Source of the DNA: Candidatus Pacearchaeota archaeon
GTDB lineage: Archaea > Nanobdellota > Nanobdellia > Pacearchaeales > GW2011-AR1
NCBI GenBank assembly: GCA_018303855.1
Contig: JAGVXI010000013.1
Location: 34,735 to 98,734, forward strand
DNA length: 64,000 nucleotides
Direction of reading: 5' to 3'
Position numbers and translations under genes: made by a program. This document shows positions 9,755 through 20,160 of this stretch, in pieces; the stretch's first letter is position 1; each line of letters starts with the position of its first letter. The notes below the pieces were generated by a model that saw only the letters and a list, made by a program, of their open reading frames with translations, did not search any database and was not told where the DNA came from.

Positions 9755-10090
9755 CTAATTAATTTTTATTCTGCTTACCTCTGTTTTGAGTTTTGGCAAA
9801 TCACTTTCTATTATTTTCCATACTCTGTCCATACTTACACCAAAATAAACATGGCTTAATACATCTCTAAATCCTGCTATATCTTTCCAAGCTATCTTGG
9901 GGTACTTTTCTCTAAATGAATTAGGGATATTTTTAACTGCTTCTCCAATTATCTCCAACTGCCTTATTATTGCACTTTGTCTTAATTTATCCTTAGAAAA
10001 TTTCTCGCTGTTTAACCCCCTTGAAAAATTTTCTATATCATTTATGCTTTCTTTAATGTCTTCTATAAACAAGCCTACATTTCTTTTCAT
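9755..10090 (-). CDS. HEPN/DUF86 (HepT-like) toxin component
   Basis: Small protein ending ...RDVLSHVYFGVSMDRVWKII..., typical of DUF86/HepT. It overlaps the upstream MNT gene by 4 nt. Confidence 0.6.
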   Translation of the reverse strand: MKRNVGLFIEDIKESINDIENFSRGLNSEKFSKDKLRQSAIIRQLEIIGEAVKNIPNSFREKYPKIAWKDIAGFRDVLSHVYFGVSMDRVWKIIESDLPKLKTEVSRIKIN

Positions 10091-10605
10091 ATTATTTTTA
10101 TTTCCTCTTTTAAAATATTTTCCTTTATTAAGGGTTTAATAACAGAATATTCTACTAAATCTACTTTTCTCCCAAGAATGTCCTCTAATTTTAATTTTAA
10201 CCTAATAAAACCAAGTAAACTCATGCCTTTATCATTAATTTCAACAGCTATATCAACATCACTATTCTTCTTTTGCTTGCCTCTTGAATAACTTCCAAAA
10301 ATTCCGGCTTTGGTGACTTTATTTTTCATTAAGATTTTGATTATTTTAGACTTAATTTTTTCTATTTCTTTGTTTGGCTTTGTTTTTTTAGACAATAATT
10401 CTTTATCAGCCATTTTCTCTTTTTTTAATAGTTCTGAATTTGGTAATTCAGTTCCAAGATATAACCTTCTTTTTGAGATTTTATTACCATTTCTTACAGA
10501 GATAACTCTATAATAATACTTTCTTCCATTAATGTTTCTAACTTCTGTAAATGTCATAATCTGCTTATGTCTACAATATTTATAAATCCTTCTGTGTGGA
10601 CACAA
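10087..10605 (-). CDS. minimal nucleotidyltransferase (MntA-like) antitoxin component
   Basis: GIFGSYSRGKQKKNSDVDIAVEI is the GS..D.D NTase motif. The N-terminal ~60 aa may be an extension or a mis-called start. Confidence 0.6.
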   Translation of the reverse strand: MCPHRRIYKYCRHKQIMTFTEVRNINGRKYYYRVISVRNGNKISKRRLYLGTELPNSELLKKEKMADKELLSKKTKPNKEIEKIKSKIIKILMKNKVTKAGIFGSYSRGKQKKNSDVDIAVEINDKGMSLLGFIRLKLKLEDILGRKVDLVEYSVIKPLIKENILKEEIKII

Positions 10606-10677
10606 TAAAGATTTAGCAGTTTGCTGGGTGTAAAAAGATATTACCTAAAAGGGTATGCTTTGTTCCAAAAACCCAAT

Positions 10678-12171
10678 TCAAGTATAACTCGGCATACCAT
10701 GAGCTTTCTTAAATGTATCAAACAACTGAAAAGCAGTTCCTGCTCCTTTTTCTGTTGAAAGCCTTCTTAAGTGGTTTTTTTCTATCCAGTCGTCTTTTCT
10801 TATTGGGTTCGCACTTTTTTTCGTGCTTTTTGCTTCTGTTTTTTTCGGCGCTTCTTTTTTATTATAAAATCCAATAAGCGCCAGAAATGGATTTGACTCA
10901 TCTTTTTGCGCTTCTTTTGCTTTTTGCTCAGGTGTTTTATCCTCTAAAAACTCATCGATATCATTTTGCAATTGTTCAAGGCTTTCTGTTGTTGCTCCTT
11001 CAATTAAAGTTAAAACATCCCCTATATCTGATTTATCAAGCTCATAATCTAATTTATCAAGCTCCTCTTGGTTTAAAGCATACCCCTTAAATATTACCTC
11101 TAGTCTTCCTGAAAATCTCCCTCCTTGCTGGGGAATAGCTGTGAATATAACTTCTATTAAAGAACAGGCAAAATAATCTCTTTTTATTTTTAGATTTTTA
11201 AAATCTCTTGGTAGTTCTCCTGTAAGAGCTGCAACTTTTGGGTCTACCTTTTCTTTTCCAAATAAAACAAGCTCCATTCTAACTGTATTAAAAAGATTAA
11301 CCACTCTTGGATCTCTGTTAATTTCTTTCATCTCTAATTTTTGGGCTGCTCTTAAATAAGGCTTTGCCCACCTTGAATAAAGTTTCAATGAATTTACCTG
11401 CTGTTTTAAATATATTTTTTCCATTTCATATCTTTTTCTTAATTCTTTTTCTGATTGTTCTACCCAAATATTGAACTCCTGGACTCTTGCTTTTACAATC
11501 CTTTTAATTTGATCGTTTAAATCAAGCTTATTAGTATCTTCTGGGGTTTTAACAATTAAAAAAGCATCAATAAGCGTCTGGAACCCCATTTGCCCGAGCG
11601 CCATTGCTTTAATGCTTGAGTTTCCTCGTGCAGGATAGTCAACTTTGTCCATCCAGATTTGTTTTAAAGACAAAATAGATGCTTCTTTTATGTTCCTGTC
11701 TTTGGATTTAGTATCAGCATAATACTGCAATCTTATTTTGAATTCTTTTAAGTCATAGATAATATTTAAAATGCCTTTTAGAACAATGCCGGCGTTTGCC
11801 AATAACTTAGACGCTTCATCCTGGACTCTGCTTGCTTTTAAACCTGTTTCTGCAAAATGGCTGCTTCCTGGCGTTGAGGTAAAATTATCTATTAGTTTTT
11901 GCGGAGATAATCCTCTGTCATTCATTAAATCTATAATAAAAAAATAAAGCGGTTCTAATGATTCGCCTCCCGAATTATAAACTAGCCTGTGGGAAGCTTC
12001 AGCGCCGTTTTTATCTATTCTTCCTTTTTCATCTACAACTAAAGCAATTGGTTTAACTTCCTCTGCCTGTATGTTTTCAGCAGAGCCATATTTTGCTAAC
12101 AGTTCTTTGCCGTTTTCTGCATAAAGTTCTGGATTGATTTTCCCAATAATCTGCGGAATTGTTGCCACCAT
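10678..12171 (-). CDS. conserved hypothetical protein (497 aa)
   Basis: Long uninterrupted ORF. No recognisable motif. Confidence 0.4.
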   Translation of the reverse strand: MVATIPQIIGKINPELYAENGKELLAKYGSAENIQAEEVKPIALVVDEKGRIDKNGAEASHRLVYNSGGESLEPLYFFIIDLMNDRGLSPQKLIDNFTSTPGSSHFAETGLKASRVQDEASKLLANAGIVLKGILNIIYDLKEFKIRLQYYADTKSKDRNIKEASILSLKQIWMDKVDYPARGNSSIKAMALGQMGFQTLIDAFLIVKTPEDTNKLDLNDQIKRIVKARVQEFNIWVEQSEKELRKRYEMEKIYLKQQVNSLKLYSRWAKPYLRAAQKLEMKEINRDPRVVNLFNTVRMELVLFGKEKVDPKVAALTGELPRDFKNLKIKRDYFACSLIEVIFTAIPQQGGRFSGRLEVIFKGYALNQEELDKLDYELDKSDIGDVLTLIEGATTESLEQLQNDIDEFLEDKTPEQKAKEAQKDESNPFLALIGFYNKKEAPKKTEAKSTKKSANPIRKDDWIEKNHLRRLSTEKGAGTAFQLFDTFKKAHGMPSYT

Positions 12172-12591
12172 TTTTTTAATTTATTGTCTTATGATGTTGA
12201 AGTTTAATTATACTGCCTATTTATTATAGGTTAACCTACTTTTAATCTCTTATATATCATTTATTTGGTATTATTATAAATTATCGCTTGTTTGCATTCT
12301 CCTATTTATTATTTAAAGAAGGCTGTGTTTAAAAAATGTTTGTACAAACATTTTTTTGAGTTGATTAAAGTAAATAACTGCCAAGACGTGTGGGTTATGC
12401 AGATTTGTTGAGGTGTTATTAAGTATATAAAATCCAGCAATTACTTAATGCAAGGTGAATTACTTTAACCTATAATATTAAGTTTAATCTGTTATTAACC
12501 TTTAGTTTCATCATGTTATTTTTAAACTTCTCTTTATCCAACTTTCTTTTTATTTTCCATATCAATCAGCCAACCATAATTTTAAAAACAA

Positions 12592-12960
12592 ATGCTACTT
12601 ATGTGTTTTATGGGGTTTTTAGGTTTTGGAAAAAAGAGAGATATCGTTGACTTGACAGAGCATTATAAAAGACAGCAGGAAAAACTTGCTCGGCAACAAG
12701 GACAGACTGCCAACTCAATTACTCAAACTGGAAGCGGAGAAGGATTTAGTGTTTTTGATAATTTAGATAATCAAGCCCCATCATCAGCAACTTCTGAAGA
12801 TGTGGATTTTGGCGCAGGAGAAGGAAGTATTGAAGAAAGAAGAAAAAGGCTTGCTAAGAGGTTGATGGAAATGACGACTAAGATTGAAGAATTAAGCAAT
12901 CAGATTTATCATCTTCAGCAGAGGGTTGAGTTATTAGAAAAGAAGACAAGTATTAGGTAA
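12592..12960 (+). CDS. hypothetical coiled-coil protein
   Basis: The C-terminal half has heptad-like content (RRKRLAKRLMEMTTKIEELSNQIYHLQQRVELLEKK). Confidence 0.3.
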   Translation: MLLMCFMGFLGFGKKRDIVDLTEHYKRQQEKLARQQGQTANSITQTGSGEGFSVFDNLDNQAPSSATSEDVDFGAGEGSIEERRKRLAKRLMEMTTKIEELSNQIYHLQQRVELLEKKTSIR

Positions 12961-13193
12961 GGTTGATAACAGTATTCTAATGGCATTAAATAAATTTATT
13001 AACACACTTTTGTTCTATGTTTTATAAAAAATATAAATAGGTTATTCAGTGTCGTCTGATTTTTCAGATTTATCAGCCTCGTCAGTTTCATCAGATTCAG
13101 CATCAGATTTAAGAATATGTCCAATTAGCGCATCCCTGTGTTTCATGCTAAAATACAAGGAATCACTTATATTTAAGTTTAATTATATATAAA

Positions 13194-14975
13194 ATGGCTT
13201 GGAAAAAAGAAAAAATAGACTTTAAGTATAATTTCAAAGTGTATTGGGAAATTTTAAAAGAGCATAAATCCATGTTTTTTGCACTGCTTTTTGTTACCTT
13301 AACAGTTGAGGCTTTGCTTATAGTAGACAAGTTTTTATTTAAAAAAATCATTGACGATGGTACAGAATTTATTGCTGGGACAATTGCCCAAGCAGTTTTT
13401 GTGAAAACCTTATTTGTCCTGGCATCTGTTTTTATTGGGATTTCTTTGATTAGAACTATAGGAAAATGGTTTAATATCCATCTTTTAAATGTGCTAGACG
13501 CACAACTTATCTGGGAATTAAAAAGAAAGTATTTCAATCATATTCTTGGTTTAAGTCATAGTTTTCATACAACTCATAGAACAGGTTCTTTAATATCAAG
13601 ATTAAATTGAGGGGCAGGTGCAATTGAGGCAATGACTGACATTGTTGTATTTAACTTTGCTCCTATGTTTTTCCAGTTAATTGTTGTTGGTTTGTCTATT
13701 GCTTATTTTAGTATTTTGCCAGCAGTAGTTATTTTTGGAGTTTCTATTTTATTTATTTCTTACAGCTATTTTATACAACACATACAGCAGAAATCAAAAT
13801 TATTATTTAATAATTTAGAAGATAGGGAAAAAGGATTTATTAGCGATATTCTCACAAATATTGATTCTATAAAATACTTCGGCAAAGAAAGCGTAATAAA
13901 AGCAAAATTTAAGGTAATAACTGAGAAAACAAAAAAAGCTGGTTTAAGATACTGGAGATATTACAGATGGTTTGATTCTATACAAATTTTAATACTTTCA
14001 ATAGGCACTTTACTTTTGGTTTATTTTCCTTTAATGGATTTTTTAGCAGGGAAAATAACACTTGGAACTTTGGTTTTTATTTACACTGTTTATGGAAATG
14101 TTGTTGGTCCAATGTTTGGTTTTGTCTGGGGGTTAAAAGGATTTTACAGAGCAATGGCTGATTTTCAGTATTTATTTGAATACGGAAAAATTAAAAATGA
14201 CATAAAAGACAGGAAAGATGCGAAAGAACTGCCGATTAGAAAAGGTGAAGTTAATTTTGAAAACATAAGTTTTGACTATGGGAAAAGGAAAATCTTCAGA
14301 AATTTTAATTTAAAGATAAAACCAAATGAAAAAATTGCTTTGGTTGGGCATAGTGGGTGTGGCAAGACAACTTTGATTAAGCTTCTTTACAGATTTTATG
14401 ATGTTAAAGCAGGGGCGATTTACATTGATGGTTATGATATCGAGGAGTTTAAGCAGGAATTTCTGAGAGGTGGATTAAGCATTGTTCCGCAAGAGTGTAT
14501 TTTATTTGATGATAATGTTTATAATAATATTCTATTCAGTAATCCACAAGCTTCTCACAAAGAAGTTTTTGATGCGATAAAACTTTCACAGCTTGATAAA
14601 GTTATAAAAAGCTTTCCTAAAAAAGAGGATACAATTGTTGGAGAAAGAGGAATTAAGCTGAGTGGTGGCGAAAAGCAGAGAGTTTCAATTGCAAGAGCAA
14701 TTCTCGCCAATAAAAGAATTCTTGTTTTAGATGAAGCAACTTCCTCTCTTGATTCTGAAACAGAGCACGAAATTCAGAGTGCGCTTGCAAATCTTTTGAA
14801 AGGAAGAACTTCAATAATTATAGCGCACCGCCTTTCCACAATTATGAATGCGGACAGGGTTGTTGTAATGAGGCAGGGTGAGATTGTTCAGATGGGAAGA
14901 CACAATCAATTGATTAACCAGCCAGGAGAATACAAAAGGTTGTGGAACCTTCAGAAGGGAGGGTATATAAAATAA
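13194..14975 (+). pseudogene. ABC exporter (fused TMD-NBD, MsbA/Sav1866-like) interrupted by a single in-frame TGA at 13608-13610
   Basis: The two track ORFs (13194-13610, 13632-14975) are in the same frame. Read-through gives ...SLISRLN*GAGAIEAMTDIV..., the conserved SRL(T/N)xD region of ABC exporter TM3. Walker A GHSGCGKTT, signature LSGGEKQR and Walker B ILVLDEATS are present. Confidence 0.65.
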
Positions 14976-14998
14976 TCTTTCGTTTAAAAAATAATAAA

Positions 14999-16213
14999 AT
15001 GAACCCAAAAAATATTAAAAAAAAGGCGAGGGCATATGCGCTGAAAAATGCGCTTGCATATGGAGGAAAAGCTCAGGTTGGAGCTGTTCTCTCTGGCTTG
15101 TTTCACGAGGGCTTGAAAAAAGAGGATGTTAAAAGGGCGATTAAAGAGATAAATGAGATAGTTAAAGAAATTAACAGCTTAACATTAAATGAGCAAGCTA
15201 ATCGGTTTCAAGCATTAAAAGAAACTGTAAGCCAAAGGCATGTAAGAGAAGGCTTATCTGAGCTGCCAAATGCAAAAAGAGGAAAAGTTGTCATGAGAAT
15301 TTCTCCTGCCCCAAGCGGGCCAATGCATATTGGAAATGCCTTAGTTGCAGCATTAAATTTTCTTTATGCTCAGAAATACAGTGGGAAATTTTGTGTTAGA
15401 ATAGAAGACACAAATCCTGAAAATATATACAAGCCTGCTTATGCATTGATTAAACAAGATGCAAAGTGGCTTTTTGGAAATAAAACAAAGATTGTTATTC
15501 AATCCAAAAGAATGACCTTTTATTACAAATATGCTGAAAAACTTCTTAAAAAAGGAACTGTTTATGTCTGCACTTGTGCTTCTGAGGATTTTAAAGAAGA
15601 ATATGTTAATAAAATGAAGCCATGTCCTTGCAGGGGTTTAAGTGTTCAAAAGCATTTAGCAAGATGGAAAAAAATGCTTTCTAAAAAAGAAGATAATTAC
15701 AAAGAAGGAGTGGCTGTTTTAAGATTCAAATCTTCAATGACTGACAAAAATCCTGCAATGCGTGATTTTCCTTTGGCAAGAATAAATGAAGCAGAGCATC
15801 CTTTGCAGAAACACAAATATAGGGTTTGGCCTTTGATGAATTTGGCTGTTGCTGTTGATGATATAGATATGAGGATGACTCATATTATTCGCGGGAAAGA
15901 TCATATGGACAACGCAAAAAGACAGTGCATGATTTTTAATGCACTTGGCAAAAAATGTCCTTGGACAGCATTTTTAGGCAGATTCAAATTTAAGGATTTT
16001 AAGTTATCAAAGACAAAAATAAGGCAGGGAATTGAACAGGGAAAATACAAAGGATGGGATGATCCTGCACTGCCGACAATTTCAAGCTTAAGAAAACAGG
16101 GATATAAAAAGCAGGCTTTTTTGAAATTTGCAGAGCATATTGGACTAAGTGAGAATGATAAAGTAATGGGAAAAGAGGATTATCTTGAACTTTTGGATAC
16201 ATTTAATAAATAA
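14999..16213 (+). CDS. gltX: glutamyl-tRNA synthetase, archaeal/eukaryotic type, catalytic domain only (C-terminally truncated)
   Basis: N-terminus ARAYALKNALAYGGKAQVGAVLS, HIGH-like PSGPMHIGNA, LSKTK (KMSKS equivalent) and GWDDPALPT are all present. The ORF stops about 70 aa after LSKTK, with no continuation in any frame up to 16500. Confidence 0.65.
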   Translation: MNPKNIKKKARAYALKNALAYGGKAQVGAVLSGLFHEGLKKEDVKRAIKEINEIVKEINSLTLNEQANRFQALKETVSQRHVREGLSELPNAKRGKVVMRISPAPSGPMHIGNALVAALNFLYAQKYSGKFCVRIEDTNPENIYKPAYALIKQDAKWLFGNKTKIVIQSKRMTFYYKYAEKLLKKGTVYVCTCASEDFKEEYVNKMKPCPCRGLSVQKHLARWKKMLSKKEDNYKEGVAVLRFKSSMTDKNPAMRDFPLARINEAEHPLQKHKYRVWPLMNLAVAVDDIDMRMTHIIRGKDHMDNAKRQCMIFNALGKKCPWTAFLGRFKFKDFKLSKTKIRQGIEQGKYKGWDDPALPTISSLRKQGYKKQAFLKFAEHIGLSENDKVMGKEDYLELLDTFNK

Positions 16214-16504
16214 TTCTATTATTAATCGAAAAGTTTTTAATTATGAAGCCATGCAAAATTATTTGATTAATGCTATAACATTTGGTTATTAAACGCTGTG
16301 ATATTTATTGTGAAAAATAAATAACTCAAAACCTAATTGTGAGGCACCGGTTAATTGCGAACATTTGAGTATAAGGTAAAATCATCATGTTGTTTTACAT
16401 AGTGATGTTCTATGCGTATAGTTATAGTATTCTCAACCTAATTTTAGTAATAACTCTTAATCAACTGCTATCTCTTAATCTACACAAGTAATTAATAAAT
16501 CTCA

Positions 16505-16786
16505 TTAAACCTCTATTATAACAACTCCTTTTTTTATTTTGCATTGACACGCAAGCCTATATCCCTGTTCTTTATTTTCTATACCCATATTTTTTTCCTG
16601 CTCTGTTATATCTGTAAGATTTTTCATTCCCTCCTTAATTTTTATGAGGCAAGTTCCGCATAATCCATCTTCACAAGAAAAAGGAACCTCTAACTTTTTA
16701 CATGCTTGTTTTATTGGCATGCCATCTTCTATTGCTATTTCTTTTTCATCAGAAATAATTTTTGCCATTATAATCTTCAATTGCAA
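16505..16786 (-). CDS. [2Fe-2S] ferredoxin-like protein
   Basis: Cys pattern SCEDGLCGTCLIKI...LACQC in 93 aa. Confidence 0.5.
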   Translation of the reverse strand: MQLKIIMAKIISDEKEIAIEDGMPIKQACKKLEVPFSCEDGLCGTCLIKIKEGMKNLTDITEQEKNMGIENKEQGYRLACQCKIKKGVVIIEV

Positions 16787-16906
16787 GAATTTTTAAACCT
16801 TTTGATGAGAAAACAAAAATTTAATTCAATAAAATTTTAACAGCATGTTTAATTATTTCTATATTGCAACTATTAGTTTTCCCACACCATTTTTAACAAC
16901 TTTATG

Positions 16907-17956
16907 TCAATTTTCTTCCTTCACATATTCTTTATCTTCCTGGGGCAAAACATATTCTCCTTTATTTATATACTCATAAGCATGATATGCTGCAGCAACA
17001 CCTTCTCCAACTCCTGTAATGGCTTGTTTAAATTCTGTATCTGTTACATCTCCTGCTGCATAAAACCCCTCAATATTTGTTTCTGCATTTCTATTTATTA
17101 TTATTTCTTCTTTTTTATTTATTTTAACACCTATTTTTTTAGCCATATTACTAAGAGGTATATGCCCTATATCAACAAATAGCCCATCTATCTTGAATTC
17201 CTTATTTCCTTTATGTGGTTTATCAAGGATAATGCTTGTTATAATCTGGCCTCCCTTTATCTCTATGACGTTGGTATTATTGATAACCTCAACTTTTTTT
17301 TGTTTTATTTTTTCTTCAAGTCTTTGCATGTTTATTGGTTCTGGATGAACTTTTTTCCCTCTATAAAAAACATAAACTTTCTTTGCAAATTCTGTTAAAA
17401 GTAATGTTTCTTTCACAGCACTATCACTACCCCCAACAACCCCAACGGTCTTCCCCCTGAATAAAGGACCGTCGCATAAAGCACAGTAACTTACTCCTTT
17501 ATTTTCAAACTCTTTTTCTCCTGGGACTTCTAATTTTTTCCATTTACTTCCAGTAGCATAAATTATTGTTTTTCCAGAAAATGTTTTCTTTTTTGTTTGA
17601 ACTTCAAAAAATATTCTGTTTTTACGTTCATTTTTTTTAATGATTTCAATTTTTTCATTTATGATATTAATATCATAATCTTTTGTATGATTTTCAATTA
17701 ATTTAGCAAGCCCCTGCCCAGTTATAGAAACAAAACCTGGGTAATTTTCAACAACATGTGTTAAAGTAATTGTTCCTCCAAGCATTTCTCCAATAAGAAG
17801 AGTTTTCATTCCGAGTCTTCCAGCATACATCGCTGCCGCTAAACCAGAAACCCCTGCACCAATGATGATTACATCATAAAAAATATTTTCATTTGGGGTA
17901 AAATTATTCTTTTGCCTTGGATTATAAACAATCTTATAGTCTTTTTCTACACTCAT
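16907..17956 (-). CDS. trxB: thioredoxin-disulfide reductase
   Basis: FAD motif IIGAGVSGLAAAMYAGR, redox-active CALCDG, NADPH motif GVVGGSDSAVKE and C-terminal GFYAAGDV. Confidence 0.75.
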   Translation of the reverse strand: MSVEKDYKIVYNPRQKNNFTPNENIFYDVIIIGAGVSGLAAAMYAGRLGMKTLLIGEMLGGTITLTHVVENYPGFVSITGQGLAKLIENHTKDYDINIINEKIEIIKKNERKNRIFFEVQTKKKTFSGKTIIYATGSKWKKLEVPGEKEFENKGVSYCALCDGPLFRGKTVGVVGGSDSAVKETLLLTEFAKKVYVFYRGKKVHPEPINMQRLEEKIKQKKVEVINNTNVIEIKGGQIITSIILDKPHKGNKEFKIDGLFVDIGHIPLSNMAKKIGVKINKKEEIIINRNAETNIEGFYAAGDVTDTEFKQAITGVGEGVAAAYHAYEYINKGEYVLPQEDKEYVKEEN

Positions 17957-18004
17957 TTTATTTAAATGGGTAAAATATTAATCTTATTTAAACCTTGCTA
18001 AATT

Positions 18005-18980
18005 TTATAGTTTTAATACTTCTTCGACGTTTATCCAGGATTTTTCAGTGTTTAAAGCATCTTCCAATGCAAGTCTTGGACAAGCAGTATTCACCCATGA
18101 TTTAACGAAAGGGAAGTTCTCCATTTCCCTTATGTCAACACCATCTGCAACAAATGTAAAAAACTTTTTTTCTGGAAATTTTATCTTTAATTTTTCAACA
18201 TAGTGAAAATGTTCCTGCCCGGGTTTTGTTGTAACAATAACCCCTACTTTATCTGCCATTAAAAATATCTTTAAATTTTTTTCTTTTAATTTTAAAATAT
18301 TTTCAATCTCTCGTTTATCGTATTCTTTAAGCTTGTTTGTTTTAGGATTAAAAACATAGATAACCTTATTTGAATTAGAATCAGCTTCGCTAAATAATAA
18401 AGCTCTTGGATGAAACATTCCATCCCCCACATAAAGATAAACATCAACTTTCGCAGGCAATTTTAAATTACCATGGTAAATATCACACCCAAGAATTTGC
18501 ATTTTTGATTTTGTTCTTTCTGGCTGTGAGCTTGCAATTTTGATCCCTTGCTCTTCAAGCTGTTTGATAATTTTATCTATTCCATGCAAAAATTGGGTTG
18601 TTGTGTAGATAGCAAGTGTTTTATGCTTTTTTAGCTCATCTATAGCTGATTTAGCTAATTCAATTTTCCCGGTGTATTTGACATTAATAAATTCAACTTT
18701 CATGGTTCTAAGTTCTCCATCCTTTTGGATTTTTTATAAACAAGTTATGCCCAAATTGTATAATTAAATCTACTCTTTTTATCATGGTTATAGGGATATC
18801 ACAACCCCCAAAACACTGTCCTAACCAAACCATCACCTTTGCATCTGTATTCTCTTCAATAGCATTAATGACTTCTTCTGCTCTTTGCTTTAAACCATCT
18901 GGCAATTGTAAAAGGACTGATTTTGCCTCGTGTTTTTTAACAAGTTCAACAACTTTCTTTGTTTCTAAATCATATTCCAT
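18005..18980 (-). pseudogene. dph2: 2-(3-amino-3-carboxypropyl)histidine synthase Dph2 (diphthamide biosynthesis), frameshifted
   Basis: Track ORFs 18708-18980 and 18005-18703 are the N- and C-terminal parts of one Dph2-like protein (LLQLPDGL...FGH...). They lie in different frames, with the junction in an A-rich run (ataaaaaatccaaaagg). Confidence 0.6.
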
Positions 18981-19022
18981 AAAATTACTTAACTTGATTA
19001 TTTTTAAATCTTGTTGATTAAT

Positions 19023-19088
19023 GCTAAGAACCAGATTAAAATTAGTTGGCTAAGAACTCTTTTAACTAAGAACCTTCTGGCTAAGAAT
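19023..19088. promoter_or_regulatory. four direct copies of GCTAAGAA(C/T) in the promoter region of dph2
   Basis: Repeats seen directly at 19023, 19049, 19066 and 19080 between two minus-strand genes. Confidence 0.4.
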
Positions 19089-19108
19089 GTAAGTGTAGCT
19101 GTAATGCT

Positions 19109-20056
19109 TCAAGTAATTAATGCTTCAACTAATTTATTGTTAATTCTCTTACCTTGATTGTCAAATGATTTTTCCCTGCACTTTTTCTTAAACTTATCAA
19201 AGCATTTTTTAGAACAGCATCCATTCATGTTCTTTTCACACTCAACACAGCATACAAAAAGTTTGTCGCATTCAAAATCCCTGCAATTCCTGCACAAATC
19301 ACATTCTTTATCACAGATTTCGCATTTTGTTAGATTATTCCGCTCTTCCCTAATAGAAGTTATGAGCCTTTTGTCAAACACAAAACATTTTCCCTCCCAA
19401 AAGCTATTTCTGAATTGCTCTCCAAAATTCAAAATGCCTCCATCAAGCTGATTTACATCCTTAAATCCTTTTTCTCTAAGATAAGCAGAAGCTTTTTCAC
19501 ATCTAACTCCTCCTGTGCAATACATAACTATCTTATTGTTTTCCATACCATTAAGTTTTTTTATAGCATTTGGAAACTGCCTAAATGTTTTTATGTTTAG
19601 GTGAATTGCGTTTTTGAATCTGCCAAATCTGTATTCATAATCATTTCTTGCATCTAAGATTATAAAATCCTTTCCAGCTTCTCCCTTTTTATACAATTCT
19701 AAAAATTCTTTTGGGGATATTCGTTTTCCAGCATTATTTAAATTAACCTTCTTTTTAAATGCAACAATCTCCTTCTTTACTTTAACAGCTATTTTTGTAA
19801 AAGGATGAGTTTTGCAAATTTCCTCTTTAAATACAATGCCATGAAATCTTTTATCAGTGCTTAAAATTTTTTTATATTTATCTGTTTGTTCCTTCGTCCC
19901 ACAAACAGAACCATTTATTCCCTCTTCCGCAACTAAAATTCGTCCAAGAACCCCTAATTTTCTACACTCTTTTAAATGCTTTAAGACAAATTCTTCTGGA
20001 TTTTTAATAGTTATATACCTATAAAATAATAAAACATGAATTGGTTTTGTCATCAA
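19109..20056 (-). CDS. trhO: rhodanese-domain protein of the TrhO/YceA (UPF0176) family with Cys-rich C-terminal tail
   Basis: VLLFYRY...GRILVAEEGINGSV and rhodanese CTGGVRCEKA are present. The C-terminal tail carries about 14 Cys. Confidence 0.65.
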   Translation of the reverse strand: MMTKPIHVLLFYRYITIKNPEEFVLKHLKECRKLGVLGRILVAEEGINGSVCGTKEQTDKYKKILSTDKRFHGIVFKEEICKTHPFTKIAVKVKKEIVAFKKKVNLNNAGKRISPKEFLELYKKGEAGKDFIILDARNDYEYRFGRFKNAIHLNIKTFRQFPNAIKKLNGMENNKIVMYCTGGVRCEKASAYLREKGFKDVNQLDGGILNFGEQFRNSFWEGKCFVFDKRLITSIREERNNLTKCEICDKECDLCRNCRDFECDKLFVCCVECEKNMNGCCSKKCFDKFKKKCREKSFDNQGKRINNKLVEALIT

Positions 20057-20160
20057 GAAATAAAATCTGACATGTTTATAAAATTTAGCTTATGTTAGGT
20101 TTATTTGTCGAACAATTTTTCATTAAGAACATTTATAAAATCCTATCAATGTATTAATTT

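Noticed and set aside
12172-12591. 420-bp AT-rich intergenic region and the 16214-16504 region scanned for tRNA or other structured RNA genes
   Set aside because: No GC-rich cloverleaf-like segments or conserved RNA motifs were visible. Nothing called.
13608-13610. Possibility that TGA (or TAG) is a reassigned sense codon in this organism
   Set aside because: Many genes in the window clearly terminate at TGA and TAG at positions that match homolog ends (for example dsbA-coupled ORF, MVGGC genes, ArsR). The two in-frame stops also use different codons (TGA in the ABC exporter, TAG in nadA). Genome-wide recoding is therefore unlikely, and point mutations or errors are more parsimonious.
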